This document shows, one piece after another, positions 9,863-19,875 of a stretch of 64,000 nt of DNA (positions are counted from its first letter, which is position 1; each line of letters begins with the position of its first letter). The translations under genes and the position numbers were made by a program. A model generated the notes under the pieces. The model worked only from the letters and a program-made list of their open reading frames with translations, searched no databases and was not told where the DNA came from. This stretch comes from an uncultured delta proteobacterium (lineage in GTDB: Bacteria; Desulfobacterota; Desulfobacteria; Desulfobacterales; SpSt-501), in assembly GCA_963700055.1 (NCBI GenBank), contig CAVOWH010000004.1:141250-205249 (forward strand). Reading direction: 5' to 3'.

Positions 9863-10960
9863 TCAGGTGCCTGTTTCGACATAGCGGAGGATCTGCGCGG
9901 CGTTCATGCCGGAAAGGCCCAAGCGCTCCGTGGTTCTTCCATTCGAGAAAAAATCCTCGCCGGTGAGAAATTGGGCCAGGTTCAAAATGGTTTCCATGCG
10001 CGGCACATCAACGCCCATCATCTTGCCGATGGAAACCATGGGCAGGAGCCCCATGGGGATATCCTCAAGGAGATACCGGGTGCGCAGGGTTTTTTGCCCG
10101 CTCACCTTTTCATAAGCGTGGTTGTTGCGAACGGCTTCGGACAGGGTTGACCCCTCCGCGCCATAGGCCATCCGGTACCACTCCCGGATGGAGGGAAGCG
10201 TGATCCCGAAAGCCCTGGCCACGGCAAGCCGTTCCTGGTCCATCGCCTCCACAAAAGCGCCGATGGAAGGGGTTATGCCATCCCAGTAATACAGCCAGTC
10301 TCTGCCGGATTCGATCAACGAAGTGTTCAACAGGGTCGGGGCCGGATGCACCATGGCATTGGGATTGCCGAGGCTGGTCTCGAGAACGTTTCTGCCGGCC
10401 CGGATCTGGGGGAAGACAGCTTGCAGCATTTCCAGCGGACGGGAGGTTTCAGCGGCTGGAAGCGCTGCAACCAGCAGGTCCTTTTTGATACCCAGAATGG
10501 ATGCCTGGCCGGGTTGAGGACTGCGGCAGGCATAGATGAGCGAGTCCGATTCCAAGATCGCGACCCGGGCACGGCATCCTTGGTCACGCAGGACTTTTCT
10601 GAACTCCAGGGCCCCGCCGGTCGCCCCGGGGTGGATGAACACCACCTGGCCATCCGTCAGAAACGGAGCGCAGCCCCGGGCCACGTCCCGGTGGGTATTG
10701 GCGGGTGTGACGACCACGATGATCCCGGCGCCGGCGAGCGCTTCGGCGGGATCGCTGGTTGCGAGTTCAACTCGCCCAAATCCCCTGATCAGGCCGTTCA
10801 AGCTAATGCCGCCTTCGGATTGGATGGCGCCAACAATCTCGGGAACCACATCCACCAGCCGGACAGCGTATCCCATCAGCCCGAGATGACCTGCGAGGGA
10901 CTGCCCGCCGTTTCCGCCGCCGATGACGACCCACGGCGGGCCGTACGTCTTCGTTTTCAT
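9863..10960 (-). CDS. NAD/NADP opine (octopine/nopaline) dehydrogenase family protein
   Basis: VIGGGNGG, IHPGATGG, GIKK, NPNAMVHP, YYWDGITP and RYLLEDIPMGL. Confidence 0.92.
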   Translation of the reverse strand: MKTKTYGPPWVVIGGGNGGQSLAGHLGLMGYAVRLVDVVPEIVGAIQSEGGISLNGLIRGFGRVELATSDPAEALAGAGIIVVVTPANTHRDVARGCAPFLTDGQVVFIHPGATGGALEFRKVLRDQGCRARVAILESDSLIYACRSPQPGQASILGIKKDLLVAALPAAETSRPLEMLQAVFPQIRAGRNVLETSLGNPNAMVHPAPTLLNTSLIESGRDWLYYWDGITPSIGAFVEAMDQERLAVARAFGITLPSIREWYRMAYGAEGSTLSEAVRNNHAYEKVSGQKTLRTRYLLEDIPMGLLPMVSIGKMMGVDVPRMETILNLAQFLTGEDFFSNGRTTERLGLSGMNAAQILRYVETGT

Positions 10961-10988
10961 GATTCATGCCTTAAAGGCGATTACTGGA

Positions 10989-11987
10989 TTAAAAAAACGG
11001 CATGCTCCCTGCCATCAGCGGCAGGACCCGACCGAGGTTGCTTCGCCGAGCCCGCTCCAGGATTTCGTTGCCTACGGCGATGTCAAGGATGGCCATGCCG
11101 AGATTGAAGTTGATGATGCGCTCGGCTGTGCTTTCCCGGGCCGGCTTTTTACCGGTCACGATTTCCCCCAGTTGGGCATAAAGCCTCGGAAGCGGAGCGT
11201 AGTACCCGGTCTCACCATCATAAAGATGACTGAATTGCCCCCAGTCATCGACAACGAACTTGTCCATTTTCCCGATCGCCGCGGTTTCCCATCCGCGTGG
11301 CCCTACGGGCAGCACGAGCGCACCGGCCTTGACCCACTGTTCCTTGAAAATGCGTCCCCTGGGCCGGCCAATGGCAGTGATGATGATGTCCGCCTCTTCA
11401 AACACCTCCTGAACCGAGGGCCTTATTTCGATCTGAAACGGTACCTGGCCCGACATCACTTCCTTCAGCCGGGCGGCTGCGGAGGAATCGGTGTCGTGGA
11501 CGCGGACGCACTGGATTCCAGGCAACACCTCCTTGAGGCTGAGCAAGTTATAGCGGCCCTGGATTCCTGCCCCCACGATGCCGACCCTCTTCGCCCCGGC
11601 GACGGCCAGATACCGGGCGGATACCCCCGACAGGGCCGCGGTACGCAGGGCGGTGATATACCCCGCTTCCAACACAGCGACCGGCTGCCCCGTAGTGACG
11701 TCGTTTAGCACCAGCAGGCCCATGATGGAGGGCAACCCATAGCGTTGGTTGCCGAAGAAGCCGCTGACCCATTTCATCCCGGAAATGTTTTTACGGGGCA
11801 GATAGGCCGGCATGGCGTGGATGAAGGCGTCTGCCAGCGGATGGACGCCCGGCTTGGGAGGATTTTCACAGGCGTTGTCGGCATGGTCCCTTAAGACGTT
11901 TTCAACGACAGCGATCGCATCGGGCATGCTGAGCCCAGCTTGAATGACATCCTCCTGGGAAAGATAAAGAAATTCGATACTCTTCAT
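10989..11987 (-). CDS. Ornithine cyclodeaminase/mu-crystallin family protein
   Basis: HAMPAY, GMKWVSG, ITALRTAA, IVGAGIQG, GEIVTGKKPARE and NLGMAILDIA. Confidence 0.92.
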   Translation of the reverse strand: MKSIEFLYLSQEDVIQAGLSMPDAIAVVENVLRDHADNACENPPKPGVHPLADAFIHAMPAYLPRKNISGMKWVSGFFGNQRYGLPSIMGLLVLNDVTTGQPVAVLEAGYITALRTAALSGVSARYLAVAGAKRVGIVGAGIQGRYNLLSLKEVLPGIQCVRVHDTDSSAAARLKEVMSGQVPFQIEIRPSVQEVFEEADIIITAIGRPRGRIFKEQWVKAGALVLPVGPRGWETAAIGKMDKFVVDDWGQFSHLYDGETGYYAPLPRLYAQLGEIVTGKKPARESTAERIINFNLGMAILDIAVGNEILERARRSNLGRVLPLMAGSMPFF

Positions 11988-12089
11988 CGGCTCGTCCAGT
12001 CTTTCAAAATGGGGTTTTCCTCCGGAAGGAAGGCCAGAGTCCTGTGGTGGACCAGGGGCATGCGCCCCACATCCAGATAAAAAAAAAGA

Positions 12090-13244
12090 TCAACTCGGCA
12101 CCTTGACGCCGTGCTTGCGGGCAAACTCGTTCAGCTTGCGCCTCAACTCCTGATACTGGTCATATGCATCCTCGATGGTGATCGTGCGGCAGTCGACGCC
12201 GAGGGTCTGTTTCAAGTTCCCGTAGGCCTCGTCGGTGACCACGATGTCTCCGTTTTCTCTGATCTCCAGAACGCCATCGTACTGTTGGGCCTCCAGCATC
12301 AGCTGCCGGGCCTGCCCCAGCGAAAAGCCCTCCGGCAGGACCACCTCGGCACCTTTTCGGCTCAGACACACCGGATACCCCCCTTCCAGCCCCTGGGGCC
12401 CCGGCGCATGGGTCAATTCTCCGGTGTCGTTCAGGATGGCCATGATATTCTTGACGGAGGATGAAGCGACCAGGAACTGCCCATGGCGCCCGGCCGGACG
12501 AATGGCGCGCTTAGGCAGCTCGGCCACGAAGCTCTGGTGGTCTCCCAACCGGCTGGTGATGTCTTGTTTGCCCACGTAGACCTTGAGGAAATGGGGCGCG
12601 TCATAGCCCTTTCCAGATCGGCACCAGTTGTAGCAATGGTAGTGATGCGCGATCATTTCAACCTCGACATTGCTCATGGAAACGTTCAAGAGCTCACAGG
12701 TTGCCTTGCGAATGTATGGGACAATGAGGTCCATGTTGCCGATGCCGACGGTGGGCGCCAGCCCAACCCGCGCCAGGCTAGGATTAACGGCATCGGGAAA
12801 CGATGAGTTGATCACATAGGTCTGAATGCCGGACATCTTTACCGCCTTCATGAGCTTGGCGGTCAATGCCAGGTGGGCGGATGCCCATGGGCCGAGACCG
12901 CAGCGATCCTTGTACAGCTCGGCGTTGACGTCCGGTGGAAGCTCATTGACCACCCACCAGGACTGGAGGGTGGTGCCATTGTAGATAATCGTCGGGTTGA
13001 TTTTTCTCAGCAGTTCGGCCGTCTGCTCGATATTCAGCAGGTTCAGCGGCTGAAAGGTGATGTGCGGATAAAGCCCCATATAGGACGCCCCTAAGATGGC
13101 GCTGTTGGTCTTGCGTATCCCCCAGTCATTGTTCGCATCGGCGGTGACGATGTCGCACATTCCTGGAATATGGCTGAGGAATTCCAGAACGATCCCGCCC
13201 AGCTCTCCGATTCCGATGATCATGATCTTTTCTTTTTCCCGCAT
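12090..13244 (-). CDS. Uncharacterised NAD(P)-binding Rossmann oxidoreductase (saccharopine-DH/LDH-like)
   Basis: IIGIGELGG N-terminal dinucleotide motif and C-terminal APGPQGLEGGYPV; no specific function recognised. Confidence 0.65.
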   Translation of the reverse strand: MREKEKIMIIGIGELGGIVLEFLSHIPGMCDIVTADANNDWGIRKTNSAILGASYMGLYPHITFQPLNLLNIEQTAELLRKINPTIIYNGTTLQSWWVVNELPPDVNAELYKDRCGLGPWASAHLALTAKLMKAVKMSGIQTYVINSSFPDAVNPSLARVGLAPTVGIGNMDLIVPYIRKATCELLNVSMSNVEVEMIAHHYHCYNWCRSGKGYDAPHFLKVYVGKQDITSRLGDHQSFVAELPKRAIRPAGRHGQFLVASSSVKNIMAILNDTGELTHAPGPQGLEGGYPVCLSRKGAEVVLPEGFSLGQARQLMLEAQQYDGVLEIRENGDIVVTDEAYGNLKQTLGVDCRTITIEDAYDQYQELRRKLNEFARKHGVKVPS

Positions 13245-13286
13245 GCGAAATCCCCTTTTTCCCGTTAGAGAAGATGCGAAGGTCCT

Positions 13287-14033
13287 TTACAAGGGCCGTG
13301 ATGCCGCCACCGCCTCCTCGCGGGGCATGAGAGATTCTTTGATGATTTGCCGGATGTCGCTCTCAAAATCCTTTTTAGGGCCGGTTTTTTTCACCTGCCC
13401 CATGTCCAGTAGATACATGTAGTCGGAAATTTCGAGGGCCTTCATGATGTTTTGATCCACGATCAGGATCGTTGTGCCCTGATGGGCGATTTTGATGAGC
13501 AACTCATAGATCTCGGTGGTGATCTTGGGAGAAAGACCCACGGAAGGCTCGTCGATCATCAACAACGAGGGTTCGGACATGATTTCCTTGCCCACCGACA
13601 GCATCCGCAAATAGCCACCGCTGAGGACGTTGGCTTTTTGATTCCGCCGATCGGCCAGCACCGGGAAAAAATCATAGATTTCCGCCAATCGTTGGGCCAC
13701 CCGGCGCTTGTCCTGTCGGAAGGTCCAGGCCCCGAGCAGCAGATTGTCCTTAACCGTCAGATCCGGAAACGTGCTGTACTCCTGGAGCATGTAGCTGATG
13801 CCCATCTGCTTGAGTTGGTAGGGATGGCAGGTGTGGATTTCTCTGCCCCGGAAGACGATGCTGCCTTTGCGCGGATGCAGGAAGCCGAAGGCAGTCTTCA
13901 TCACGGTGGATTTGCCGGCGCCGTTGGCACCGATGATCCCCGTGATGGCACCTTCTTTGGCCTCAAGGCAGACGTCGCGCAGTATATCGATGCCTTCCAC
14001 ATAACCGACGGTAACGTCGCTGAGCCTCAGCAT
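13287..14033 (-). CDS. Branched-chain amino acid ABC transporter ATPase (LivF-like)
   Basis: GANGAGKST, LSGG and MIDEPSVGLSP. Start placed at MLRLSDV (14033). Confidence 0.92.
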   Translation of the reverse strand: MLRLSDVTVGYVEGIDILRDVCLEAKEGAITGIIGANGAGKSTVMKTAFGFLHPRKGSIVFRGREIHTCHPYQLKQMGISYMLQEYSTFPDLTVKDNLLLGAWTFRQDKRRVAQRLAEIYDFFPVLADRRNQKANVLSGGYLRMLSVGKEIMSEPSLLMIDEPSVGLSPKITTEIYELLIKIAHQGTTILIVDQNIMKALEISDYMYLLDMGQVKKTGPKKDFESDIRQIIKESLMPREEAVAASRPL

Positions 14034-14043
14034 GGGGTAGTCG

Positions 14044-14805
14044 CTATCCTCCCAGGTATGCGTCGATGACCTGCGGATCGCCGGCAACTTCCGCCAGCGT
14101 GCCTTCGGCTATTCGCTCGCCGTGGCTGAGCATCGTAACCTTGCTGCACAAAGTGCTGATCGTCGGCATCTCATGGCTGATGACCAGAAAGGTCACCCTC
14201 TTCTCTCTGTTCATCCAACGGATGGCCTCAAGAATGATGCCCTTGATGGACTGATGGACTCCGGCAAAGGGTTCATCCATCACGTACAGCTGAAGGTTTT
14301 TATGCATGAACCCTCGGACGATTTGAAGCAACATGCTCTGGCCGCCCGACAGGCTCTTGGCCGGTTTGTCCTTGAGCCGGCTCAACAGGGCAAACTCCAG
14401 CAATTCATTGGATCGAGCCTTGGCCTCGCGCCGGGTCTGGCCTTGGCAGAAGGCCGGGATCAGCATGTTTTCCATCACACTCATTTCCCGAAATATTTTG
14501 GCGACCTGAAATGTGCGCATAATGCCGAGAGAAGCAATCACATCGGGTTGCAGGCCGTCGATCCGCCGGCCCGCAAAATGGATGCTTCCGCTGGTCACCT
14601 CATACATTCCGGTGATCAGGTTGATAAGTGTGGTCTTTCCTGAGCCGTTGGGCCCGATCAACCCCCGGACCTCCCCACTGGCCAAGGACAGAGTAATTCC
14701 GTTGTTGGCGATCAGCCCCCCGAATTTCTTTACGACATCCCGCATTTCCAACAACAGGGGGCCGGAATCAGAACGGTCATCTTGGGGGTGCGTCATGTTT
14801 TCCAC
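14044..14805 (-). CDS. Branched-chain amino acid ABC transporter ATPase (LivG-like)
   Basis: GPNGSGKTT, LSGGQ, MDEPFAGV and VIDAYLG. Confidence 0.92.
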   Translation of the reverse strand: MENMTHPQDDRSDSGPLLLEMRDVVKKFGGLIANNGITLSLASGEVRGLIGPNGSGKTTLINLITGMYEVTSGSIHFAGRRIDGLQPDVIASLGIMRTFQVAKIFREMSVMENMLIPAFCQGQTRREAKARSNELLEFALLSRLKDKPAKSLSGGQSMLLQIVRGFMHKNLQLYVMDEPFAGVHQSIKGIILEAIRWMNREKRVTFLVISHEMPTISTLCSKVTMLSHGERIAEGTLAEVAGDPQVIDAYLGG

Positions 14806-14835
14806 GTGGCCGCGAGTCCCGAGGTGAGCAGTGCC

Positions 14836-15801
14836 CTATTTGTCATAGGCTGACACCGATTCTCTGCCTTTCAGGTGAAGCCATCGGGGCAACCGGTGGA
14901 CCAGCTCCATGAGACCGCCATTGAAAAAACGCATGACCAAAATCACCAGTATGCTCAGGATGACGATGCGGATTTCCGACTGCGCCCGCAACATTTCCAG
15001 TGCAATGCGGATTACGATGGCGCCTATCACTGGCCCCGTCTGAGTGCGCATGCCTCCGATGACCACAAAAATGATGATCATGGCCATCTCATTGAAATCC
15101 CCCATGACGGGACTGATCAAACCGATGCTATGCCCGAAAAAGGCACCCGCCATTCCTGCGAGGGCGCTGGCGATGATGAAAGCCAGCACCTTGTAACGCA
15201 CGATGTTGACGCCCATGGACCGTGCTGCAATAGCGTCATCGCGGATTGCGCGCAAATAGTATCCCATGCGCGAGTGCATGATGACGGCGATGATGCCCAC
15301 CGTGAACACCAGGATGCCCAGGAACAGGTAGTAATACGGCAGGGGCTTCATGGTTCCAAACAGCAGGGCGGAATCCATGCCGCGATCGCCGCCGGTGAAG
15401 GCATAATGCATACGCATATAATTGCGCACCACTTCGGCGAAGGCCCACGTGATCAGGGCGAGGTAAAGCCCATGCACCTTCAGACAGATCACACCCAGAG
15501 CCCAGCTCAGAACGACCGCCATTAGGATCGCGGCCGCAATCCCCGGCCCGAAGCCCACTTCGGCCTTGGCCATCAGCAGGGTTGAGGTGTAAGCGCTGAT
15601 CATGGCAAACGTGTGGTGTCCTAAAGAGAACTGCCCGGTGTATCCGGCCAGCAGATTCCAGCTGGCGGCCATGGCAGCGTAGAAGAAGGCGATGGTGAGC
15701 ACATAGATCCAGTATTCCGATATGCCCACCGGAAGACCAATGGCCGCGGCAAGTGCTCCGGCCAGTCCGATCGTTTTCATGAGTCGGGTATTCATGCTCA
15801 T
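14836..15801 (-). CDS. Branched-chain amino acid ABC permease (LivM-like)
   Basis: SWNLLAGYTGQFSLGH, LALITWAFAE, RAIRDD and VVIGG. Start at MSMNTRL (15801) or 15795. Confidence 0.9.
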   Translation of the reverse strand: MSMNTRLMKTIGLAGALAAAIGLPVGISEYWIYVLTIAFFYAAMAASWNLLAGYTGQFSLGHHTFAMISAYTSTLLMAKAEVGFGPGIAAAILMAVVLSWALGVICLKVHGLYLALITWAFAEVVRNYMRMHYAFTGGDRGMDSALLFGTMKPLPYYYLFLGILVFTVGIIAVIMHSRMGYYLRAIRDDAIAARSMGVNIVRYKVLAFIIASALAGMAGAFFGHSIGLISPVMGDFNEMAMIIIFVVIGGMRTQTGPVIGAIVIRIALEMLRAQSEIRIVILSILVILVMRFFNGGLMELVHRLPRWLHLKGRESVSAYDK

Positions 15802-15841
15802 CAGAGAGGCATAGGCAGGGCAAGTTCTATCGTGGCGCAAT

Positions 15842-16732
15842 TCAAACGACGCGCTCCGGCTTGCCGAACAGCCCATAGGGTTTGAGAAGCAAGATGCCAA
15901 CCAACAAAACAAATCCGTAAATGTCGACAAACGACGGGCTGATGAACGCCGACCCCAGGCTTTCGGCTATGCCCAAAAGCAGACCTGCCACCAAGATTCC
16001 CGGTATGGAACCCAGACCGGCAATGACAATGATTTCGAAACCGCGGACCGTTGGCACTAGACCACAAGTCGGATGCACCAAAAAAATAGGCGCCAGCAGA
16101 GCACCCGCCGCGCCAGCAAGGGCCGTGCCGATCCCGAAGGCGAGCATGTCGTACTTGAGAACGTCCACGCCAGCGGTTTGAATTCCGGTACGGTTCTGGG
16201 CCACGCCCTGAAATGCCTTCCCAGGCCATGATTTCTTGATGAAATAATAAAAAAGGCCCAGCACAACAATCGCCCCGAGCATGGCGATAACGCGGTTGCC
16301 ACTCAGAGGCAGCGTCAGCAGTTGCGTGGGGCCAGCGTAATCGGGAGGCGTGTAGATGTATGGGCCCCCGATGGCCACTGCCATGTTTCGAAGGCAGATG
16401 GAAAGTGTGATCGTGACAATCGTCGCATACTCCATTTTTGATTCGATGATGCCGACAAACATCGGTTTGATCAGCGTATGCTGAACCACGGCCCCCAGGG
16501 CGAAAACAATCACGGCTGCGATGATGACACCGACGTACCAGAAATGCACAGGAAAAACGTACAGCAGCAGTAGGTATTGAACGAATGAACCGATCATGAA
16601 AAATTCGCCCATCGACCAATTGATCACCTTCATGATACCATAAATGAAGTTGATCCCCATGGACATCAAGCAGTACAGAATGCCCATGATGAGGCCGGAG
16701 AGCAGAAATTGAGTGAAAAGGGTGAAGTCGAT
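15842..16732 (-). CDS. Branched-chain amino acid ABC permease (LivH-like); probable ATC start at 16732
   Basis: GINFIYGIMKVINWSMGEF and FEIIVIAGLGS. The frame is open upstream of ATG 16687 to ATC-GAC-TTC-ACC (xDFTLFTQFLLSGLIMG), which lies 9 nt after an AAGGAG RBS. Confidence 0.85.
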   Translation of the reverse strand: MDFTLFTQFLLSGLIMGILYCLMSMGINFIYGIMKVINWSMGEFFMIGSFVQYLLLLYVFPVHFWYVGVIIAAVIVFALGAVVQHTLIKPMFVGIIESKMEYATIVTITLSICLRNMAVAIGGPYIYTPPDYAGPTQLLTLPLSGNRVIAMLGAIVVLGLFYYFIKKSWPGKAFQGVAQNRTGIQTAGVDVLKYDMLAFGIGTALAGAAGALLAPIFLVHPTCGLVPTVRGFEIIVIAGLGSIPGILVAGLLLGIAESLGSAFISPSFVDIYGFVLLVGILLLKPYGLFGKPERVV

Positions 16733-16878
16733 GGCTTTAATCTCCTTACGAGTCCATCACGTTTGGATATTCAATACAACTATCAGCAAAAAGACCTGGG
16801 CGGGCTCGCCGCGGCCGTTGCCCTGGCGAGCCTGCGCCTGAACAATAATCGATCGATTTAAACTAATGCTCGGCCGCT

Positions 16879-18108
16879 TTAAGGGTTGACGATTTTTCCG
16901 TCGCCGCCGAACTGCGGCGGCCATACCAGTTTGGATTTGGTGAAATCTTGCTTGACTTCCGTCTGTTGTAGGACCAAGTGCGGCGGCGACACATTGTGCC
17001 ATTTAACGCTGTCCGGTTCTTCGAATTTGACCTCACCGCTCCAGTCCGAAAATTTGCCGCTCACCAGCGCCATTTGGAGATCCTTAGGGTTGTCGGACTT
17101 TGCAAGATTCAGGGCTTGCGCGATGACCAGAACTTCGCCGAAGGCATTCAGCGCGTAGAATGTCGGATCTTCATTATAGAGTTGTTTGTATTTTGGCATC
17201 ATCCAGTCACCGAACTTCGTCATCAGCATCCCCGGCTTGTAGTAGGCAGTGTATAGAATGTAGACGCCGTTCGCACCGACCGCATCCCAGTACTCCGGTC
17301 GGATCGGCCAGTCAAAAGATGCCAGCATCTTGGTTTTTGGGAAAAGACCGATATCGAAAGCCTGCTTGACCATGAGATAAGCCGGCGGGCCAACTCCTAT
17401 GTTGATGAGTATATCCGGGTTCCATGCCTTGGTCTCGAGCAGCATGGGGGTCATGTCAGTGATAGTGCGGGGGAAAATGATCGACTTGATCTCCAAACCG
17501 GCATCTTTGGCGGCATTTTTCACCGCTGTCTCAAAGCCTGTACCATAGTCCGTGTCTTCGGCAATGACCGCAAGCTTCTTAAAACCCATGTTTTTGGCAA
17601 AATCGATCCAGAACTTCGCACGGTCTGGTGTCAGTGACATGATGCTGAAAATATATGGATTCTTCGACAGTGTGATCTCCGGGCTAGAGGCCCCGGTGGA
17701 GAACAAGGGAACCTCAAGATCCTTAGCAAGTTTGTTGACCGCCAGACACACGGAACTGTGGTACTGGCCAATCACCGCCACGGCGTTATCTTTCTGGACG
17801 AGCTTTCGGAATCCAGCGATGCCATCGGCGGGGGTGCCCGCATCATCCTCCACCACCAGTTCCACCGGCCTGCCGTTCAAAACTCCACCCATTTCCTCGT
17901 TGATATACTTGATCCCAAGTTCTGCGCCCCACCGTATCCGTTTTCCGGCCGCCGGATCACCGGGCGGTGAAAAAGGTGATAGAAGACCGATTTTGACGGG
18001 TTTGCCCTTGGGCTGGGCATAAGTTGGCGTCAGCCCCGTCAGCACCAGGGCGATGGTCAGAAACGCTATGGTCAAACAACTAAGCTTTCGGGTGTGCAAC
18101 GTTTTCAT
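16879..18108 (-). CDS. ABC substrate-binding protein (LivK/Leu-Ile-Val-binding family)
   Basis: Signal peptide, VKIGLLSP, GGVLNGRPVELVVEDD and IGQYHSSV. Confidence 0.92.
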   Translation of the reverse strand: MKTLHTRKLSCLTIAFLTIALVLTGLTPTYAQPKGKPVKIGLLSPFSPPGDPAAGKRIRWGAELGIKYINEEMGGVLNGRPVELVVEDDAGTPADGIAGFRKLVQKDNAVAVIGQYHSSVCLAVNKLAKDLEVPLFSTGASSPEITLSKNPYIFSIMSLTPDRAKFWIDFAKNMGFKKLAVIAEDTDYGTGFETAVKNAAKDAGLEIKSIIFPRTITDMTPMLLETKAWNPDILINIGVGPPAYLMVKQAFDIGLFPKTKMLASFDWPIRPEYWDAVGANGVYILYTAYYKPGMLMTKFGDWMMPKYKQLYNEDPTFYALNAFGEVLVIAQALNLAKSDNPKDLQMALVSGKFSDWSGEVKFEEPDSVKWHNVSPPHLVLQQTEVKQDFTKSKLVWPPQFGGDGKIVNP

Positions 18109-18215
18109 GGGTCCCCTCCTCCTTTTTTAAGTTTGATGGTGTTGTGTGACGCTGAGTATGAATGGGGTATCCGTGTTGAGTGTTGTCCTGCATTCAGATG
18201 AATGCCGGTCCACAT

Positions 18216-19796
18216 TCAGAATCGTTTTAGTTGGAAACCTGAGCGCTCGCGATCCCAGCAGTCCTGGGTGTCCCGGCTGAGATTTTTCTTGCGGATTCGC
18301 TCCGTAGGGGTTTTTTCAAAGCCGTTCGCCCAAGTGATGTAGCGCGGAATTTGAAAATAAGGCATGCGGGGTTCACACCATCGGATCAACTCCAGGGGGG
18401 CGAGCGTTGCGCCTGGCACGCATTGGATGAATGCCTTGAGATCCTCTTCCCCCACTTCGGCGGGTACCCCAACCACTGCACTTTCTTGGATCAACGGATG
18501 TGAATTCAATATGCGCTCAACTTCCCAGGCAGAGATGTTTTCGCCGCGTCGCCGGATGCTGTCATTCTTGCGGCCAACATAATAAAAATTGCCCTCTTCG
18601 TCGTAATATCCAAGATCACCCGTGTAAAGCCACCCGTTGCGCAAAGCGGCGGCCGTGGCTTCTGGATTTTCCAAGTAGCCTTCTGTAATCAGCCCGGGCT
18701 CCTTACCCCGCATGATAAATTCCCCGACACGGCCGGGAGGCAACGGATTCCCGGCGTCGTCGATGATCGAGACATCCAGGTAGGAGAGGGGCTTGCCGAT
18801 GGAGCCGATCTTACCGGAAGTATTTAACGTCGTGAACCCGGATCCTTCCGTGAGCCCGTACACCTCGCGGATTCTGATTCCGAAGCGCTGTTCAAAGGCT
18901 TCCCAAATTCGGGGGGGGCAGCCCGCGCCGAAGGCCAGGGTAATGGAATGCGACCGGTCATCAGGGCGGAGTGCCGGTTTGAGCAATATCTCCAGAACGC
19001 CCCCGAGGTAGTGTAATTTGGTCACCCGGTACCGATGGACCTGGTCCCAGAAACGAGAGGCGCTGAAACGCGGCACGATGGCTAATGTTATGGATTCTTG
19101 GAGTGCCAGGACGCACATTTCAGCCCCGGCACTGTGATAAATGGGCTCCCACAACAGGAACACATCCCCGGCCTGCACGTCGGCGGCTATTCCGGCACCG
19201 ATGGCGCAGGTGCGCAGCATCCTTTCGGTCATCAAGGCCCCCTTGGGCATTCCGGTTGTGCCCGAGGTAAACATGATGGCCCGCGTGTCATGGATTGCCG
19301 GAGTGGTGGCCGGCGGCAGACTGTCTTCTCCGGCCACAACTGCGTAGTCCATTGCGCCGGCACTTTTCAACAAACCGGCGCTGGCCCCTCGCAGCGCAAC
19401 CGCTTCCAACAATAACGCAGACGATAGGGACTCCAAAAGACCCCAGTATTCTGCTTCTGCGATGATCGCCCTTGGCAAGGCCTTGGTTAAAATCCACTCC
19501 AGGCTGCCGCCGCGGAGGTTGACATTGACCGGTACCCAGACGGCTCCCAAAGCAGAGAGGGCAAAAAAGGTGAACACGTGGTCTACGTGGTTGTTCAGCA
19601 TTACGGCCACGCGCTGACCCGGTCTAATCCCGATCTTTGAAAAACCGTTGGCTAACTGGTAAACGCTTTTTTCTAATGTGCGAAAATCGATTTCACGGTC
19701 TTCACAAATGGCAAAAACATCGTCTGGGGTTCGGCGAGCGCGGGATTCGAGGAGCTGACGTATGGTTCGTTTGGGGCCCATCGCAACATTTCTCAA
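18216..19796 (-). CDS. Acyl-CoA synthetase (CaiC crotonobetaine/carnitine-CoA-ligase-like)
   Basis: FTSGTTGMPKG, EVYGLTE, YTGD, RRRGENIS and KTPTERIRK. Start is TTG 19796 or ATG 19781. Confidence 0.9.
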   Translation of the reverse strand: MRNVAMGPKRTIRQLLESRARRTPDDVFAICEDREIDFRTLEKSVYQLANGFSKIGIRPGQRVAVMLNNHVDHVFTFFALSALGAVWVPVNVNLRGGSLEWILTKALPRAIIAEAEYWGLLESLSSALLLEAVALRGASAGLLKSAGAMDYAVVAGEDSLPPATTPAIHDTRAIMFTSGTTGMPKGALMTERMLRTCAIGAGIAADVQAGDVFLLWEPIYHSAGAEMCVLALQESITLAIVPRFSASRFWDQVHRYRVTKLHYLGGVLEILLKPALRPDDRSHSITLAFGAGCPPRIWEAFEQRFGIRIREVYGLTEGSGFTTLNTSGKIGSIGKPLSYLDVSIIDDAGNPLPPGRVGEFIMRGKEPGLITEGYLENPEATAAALRNGWLYTGDLGYYDEEGNFYYVGRKNDSIRRRGENISAWEVERILNSHPLIQESAVVGVPAEVGEEDLKAFIQCVPGATLAPLELIRWCEPRMPYFQIPRYITWANGFEKTPTERIRKKNLSRDTQDCWDRERSGFQLKRF

Positions 19797-19875
19797 ATAT
19801 TGCTAAAAAGACCTGGTAGGCCGAGGTGAGGTTCTCAGGAGGCGGATGCCTGAAGAATTCAGTTGCCGTTGATAG

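Noticed and set aside
16803-16832. GGCTCGCC/GGCGAGCC hairpin after the binding-protein gene
   Set aside because: An ordinary intercistronic stabiliser typical of ABC operons.
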